Source: Mobula hypostoma (lineage: Eukaryota). Taken from it: DNA of 64,000 nucleotides. The position numbers and the translations under genes are program-made. Of the stretch, positions 61,771 to 64,000 are shown piece by piece; position 1 is the first letter of the stretch, and each line of letters starts with the position of its first letter. The notes below the pieces were generated by a model. That model saw only the letters and a list, made by a program, of their open reading frames with translations, had not been told where the DNA came from and did no database searches. The stretch lies in the NCBI RefSeq assembly GCF_963921235.1, contig NC_086108.1, positions 102,860,001-102,924,000 of the forward strand, written 5' to 3'.

Positions 61771-63229
61771 TTAGACTGGGAGCCTCAAGTCTATGCAGCC
61801 AGAATTACCAAAATATAGAAATAAAAGGAAAATAAATATGGTAATTTAATTGGAGCACTGAATGAAATGAATAGGAAAATAGGCTAGATGATGCAAATGA
61901 GGCAGAATATAGCTTAGTCTGTGTGTGTTGGGGGGGGGCGGGTGGGTGCAGCATTTCAGTTGCGATCTCTGTTGCTGCTTGACCGTACACAAATTACCAT
62001 TCACTCCCAGCAGGGCAGCCCGTTGAGCTCTGTTCCACATCCACCCCCAAATCACAAACTGCAGACTGGGTGGGGCTGTCTGCAGCAAGGCCAATCTGTA
62101 AGTATGCAGCAGGAGGCTGGCTCTGTTTGCCTTCCACTGACCCATACGTGTTATAATAAGAGCCTCAGAATCATAATAGAAAAGTACAGCACAGAAACAG
62201 GCCTTTTGGCTCATCTAGTCTGAGCTAAACCATTTAAACTGCCTAGTTTTATTTTTCATATACTGTACTCCTGTAAATATATATTTTATATATATTTATA
62301 TATAAATATATATATTTAAATTATATTTAACATTCAGTAATGCCTACAACCTATTAAAAGATAAATATTGACTTTACATTCGGATAATTAGTACAGTTCA
62401 CCAGAAAAACCTTTAGCAACCAACAGAGACTTTGGAGGGTGGGAGCTACAGAGGTAAATCAAAGTCACTAGTGGGCCATGAAGAGAAAAAAGATTGAGAA
62501 CCACTGGGCTGTTGGACAGCAGACAATGGAGGGCTATGGACATCGTGTAGGCAATAGGGATTAGTTCTGTTAGGCATTTAATTCCCAGTCTAATTAGTTC
62601 TGCACAACTTCATGTGCAATAGGTTCCATTCCTGTTCCGTATTCTATGTTCTATTTTCTCATCTGCCACCCCCCCCCCAGTCTAAAGGCAACTTACAGTA
62701 GCCAATCAATTTAGCAGCAGACACATACACACACGCCTACCTTTTGGATATGGGAGGAAATCAGAACACCTTGGGGAGCCCCATGTCGTCACAGGGATAA
62801 CATGCAAACTCCACACAGAGAGCATCGGAGATAACCGTATTACTGGCTGTGTCGCTGTGCTGATGTGGTAATATAACACTATATGAAGAGACTGAGGAAG
62901 GCAAGAAAGATGGTGGAACTCAGTCACAAGTCCGCTGGAGGCCGAAGAAGACGGCCTGTGCTGGGGTTAGAGGGCTGTGTATGTGATTGAGTGGGTGGAG
63001 GGGTTGGTTTTGCTGCTGTTGTTTTGTCACTTGGTATGTTCTATTTTGTGCCCTGAGCTGCCCTGCCAAGCATGGAGAGCATGCTATGTTAGTTCTGGGA
63101 AGTGTGGTAACACCCGCGGGTTGCCCCTTAGGTGTGATGTTTGTTTACGCAAACAACGCATTTGACAGTATGTTTTGATAAATAAATCTGAATCTGGATC
63201 TGTAATGGCATTCCTAAGAGTGGGCTGTA

Positions 63230-63530
63230 TTTATTTATTTGCTTATTTGGAGATACCGCGTGGAATAGGCCCTTCTAGCCATTCGAGACACACCACCTGG
63301 CAACCCCGATCTACTGCTAGCCTCACCATGTGACAAGCCACACTGACCAATTAACCTACTAACTGGTATATCTTTGCACTGTGGGAGGAAACCAGAGCAC
63401 CCGGAGAAAACCCACTCATTCCACAGAGAAGATGTCAACTCCTTACAGAGGACACCAGTTTTGAACTCTGAACCCCAGTGCTGTGATCTGTAACAACATT
63501 GCGCTAACCACTACGTGACCGTGGTGCCCA
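63230..63530 (-). mobile_element. HE1/V-SINE-like SINE
   Basis: (TTTA)n tail, gtgggaggaaaccagagcacccggag, tRNA-like head. Confidence 0.82.
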
Positions 63531-64000
63531 ACAGCACCTCTCAATGCACCAGCGATTTCTAAGGCGTTCTACACCTCAGTCATTCTAGCACCCTCTTGAA
63601 CACAAACATCAATGCAATATTAACAAGGTAATCTATTTTATTGACATTGACTGAGAAGCAAGTATTGAACTCCTGATTCTCCCAAATAGTGTCTTGGGAT
63701 TCATTAAAGCCAACTAAAGGAGCAAAATCTCAGTTTAACAAATACCATCAAAGGAACAGCTTCTCCAACAATACCACAAGCCATCTGTCCAGCTTTGAAG
63801 CCTCAGCCTAGATGTTGCACATTAGTCTATGGAGTGACGTTTTGAATTGGCAATGAACTAACCATGAAGAGATGCTAAAGCTGAGGAAATACTTGCTTTC
63901 CTTTATAGCTGTCATCTTCAAGTTGAAGAATAAAGTTCAAGGATAAAATTTATTGTCATGGGCACACATACCCGTGGTATAAATAGTATGAAAATTAGTT

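Noticed and set aside
62400..62506. Complete hAT MITE
   Set aside because: Only one terminus (gattgagaaccactg) is visible, with no partner TIR or TSD

Overview
Repeat-dominated vertebrate intergenic or intronic DNA. The repeat content (HE1/V-SINE-like SINEs, many CR1 LINEs, Rex1/Babar LINEs, Penelope-like pieces) suggests a cartilaginous fish, probably a ray; this is inference from family resemblance. No recognisable host protein-coding gene, rRNA, true tRNA or CRISPR array was found, and most listed ORFs are transposon fragments or antisense shadows. Three things stand out. (1) A young, full-length Gypsy LTR retrotransposon (50699-55131, minus strand, GTATG target-site duplication, TSD) has no tRNA primer-binding site (PBS). 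In its place is a perfect 15-nt complement to its own LTR, overlapping the AATAAA signal, which suggests self-priming; its RT active site reads YLDN. (2) A dispersed family of Penelope-derived short inserts carries a minimal hammerhead ribozyme motif; several have TSDs and inverted ends, and a GIY-YIG-encoding relative lies at 37.7-38.7 kb. (3) An old ~420-bp local inverted duplication (22190-22611 / 24265-25170) was later disrupted by insertions. Boundaries without a stated TSD or terminal repeat are approximate.
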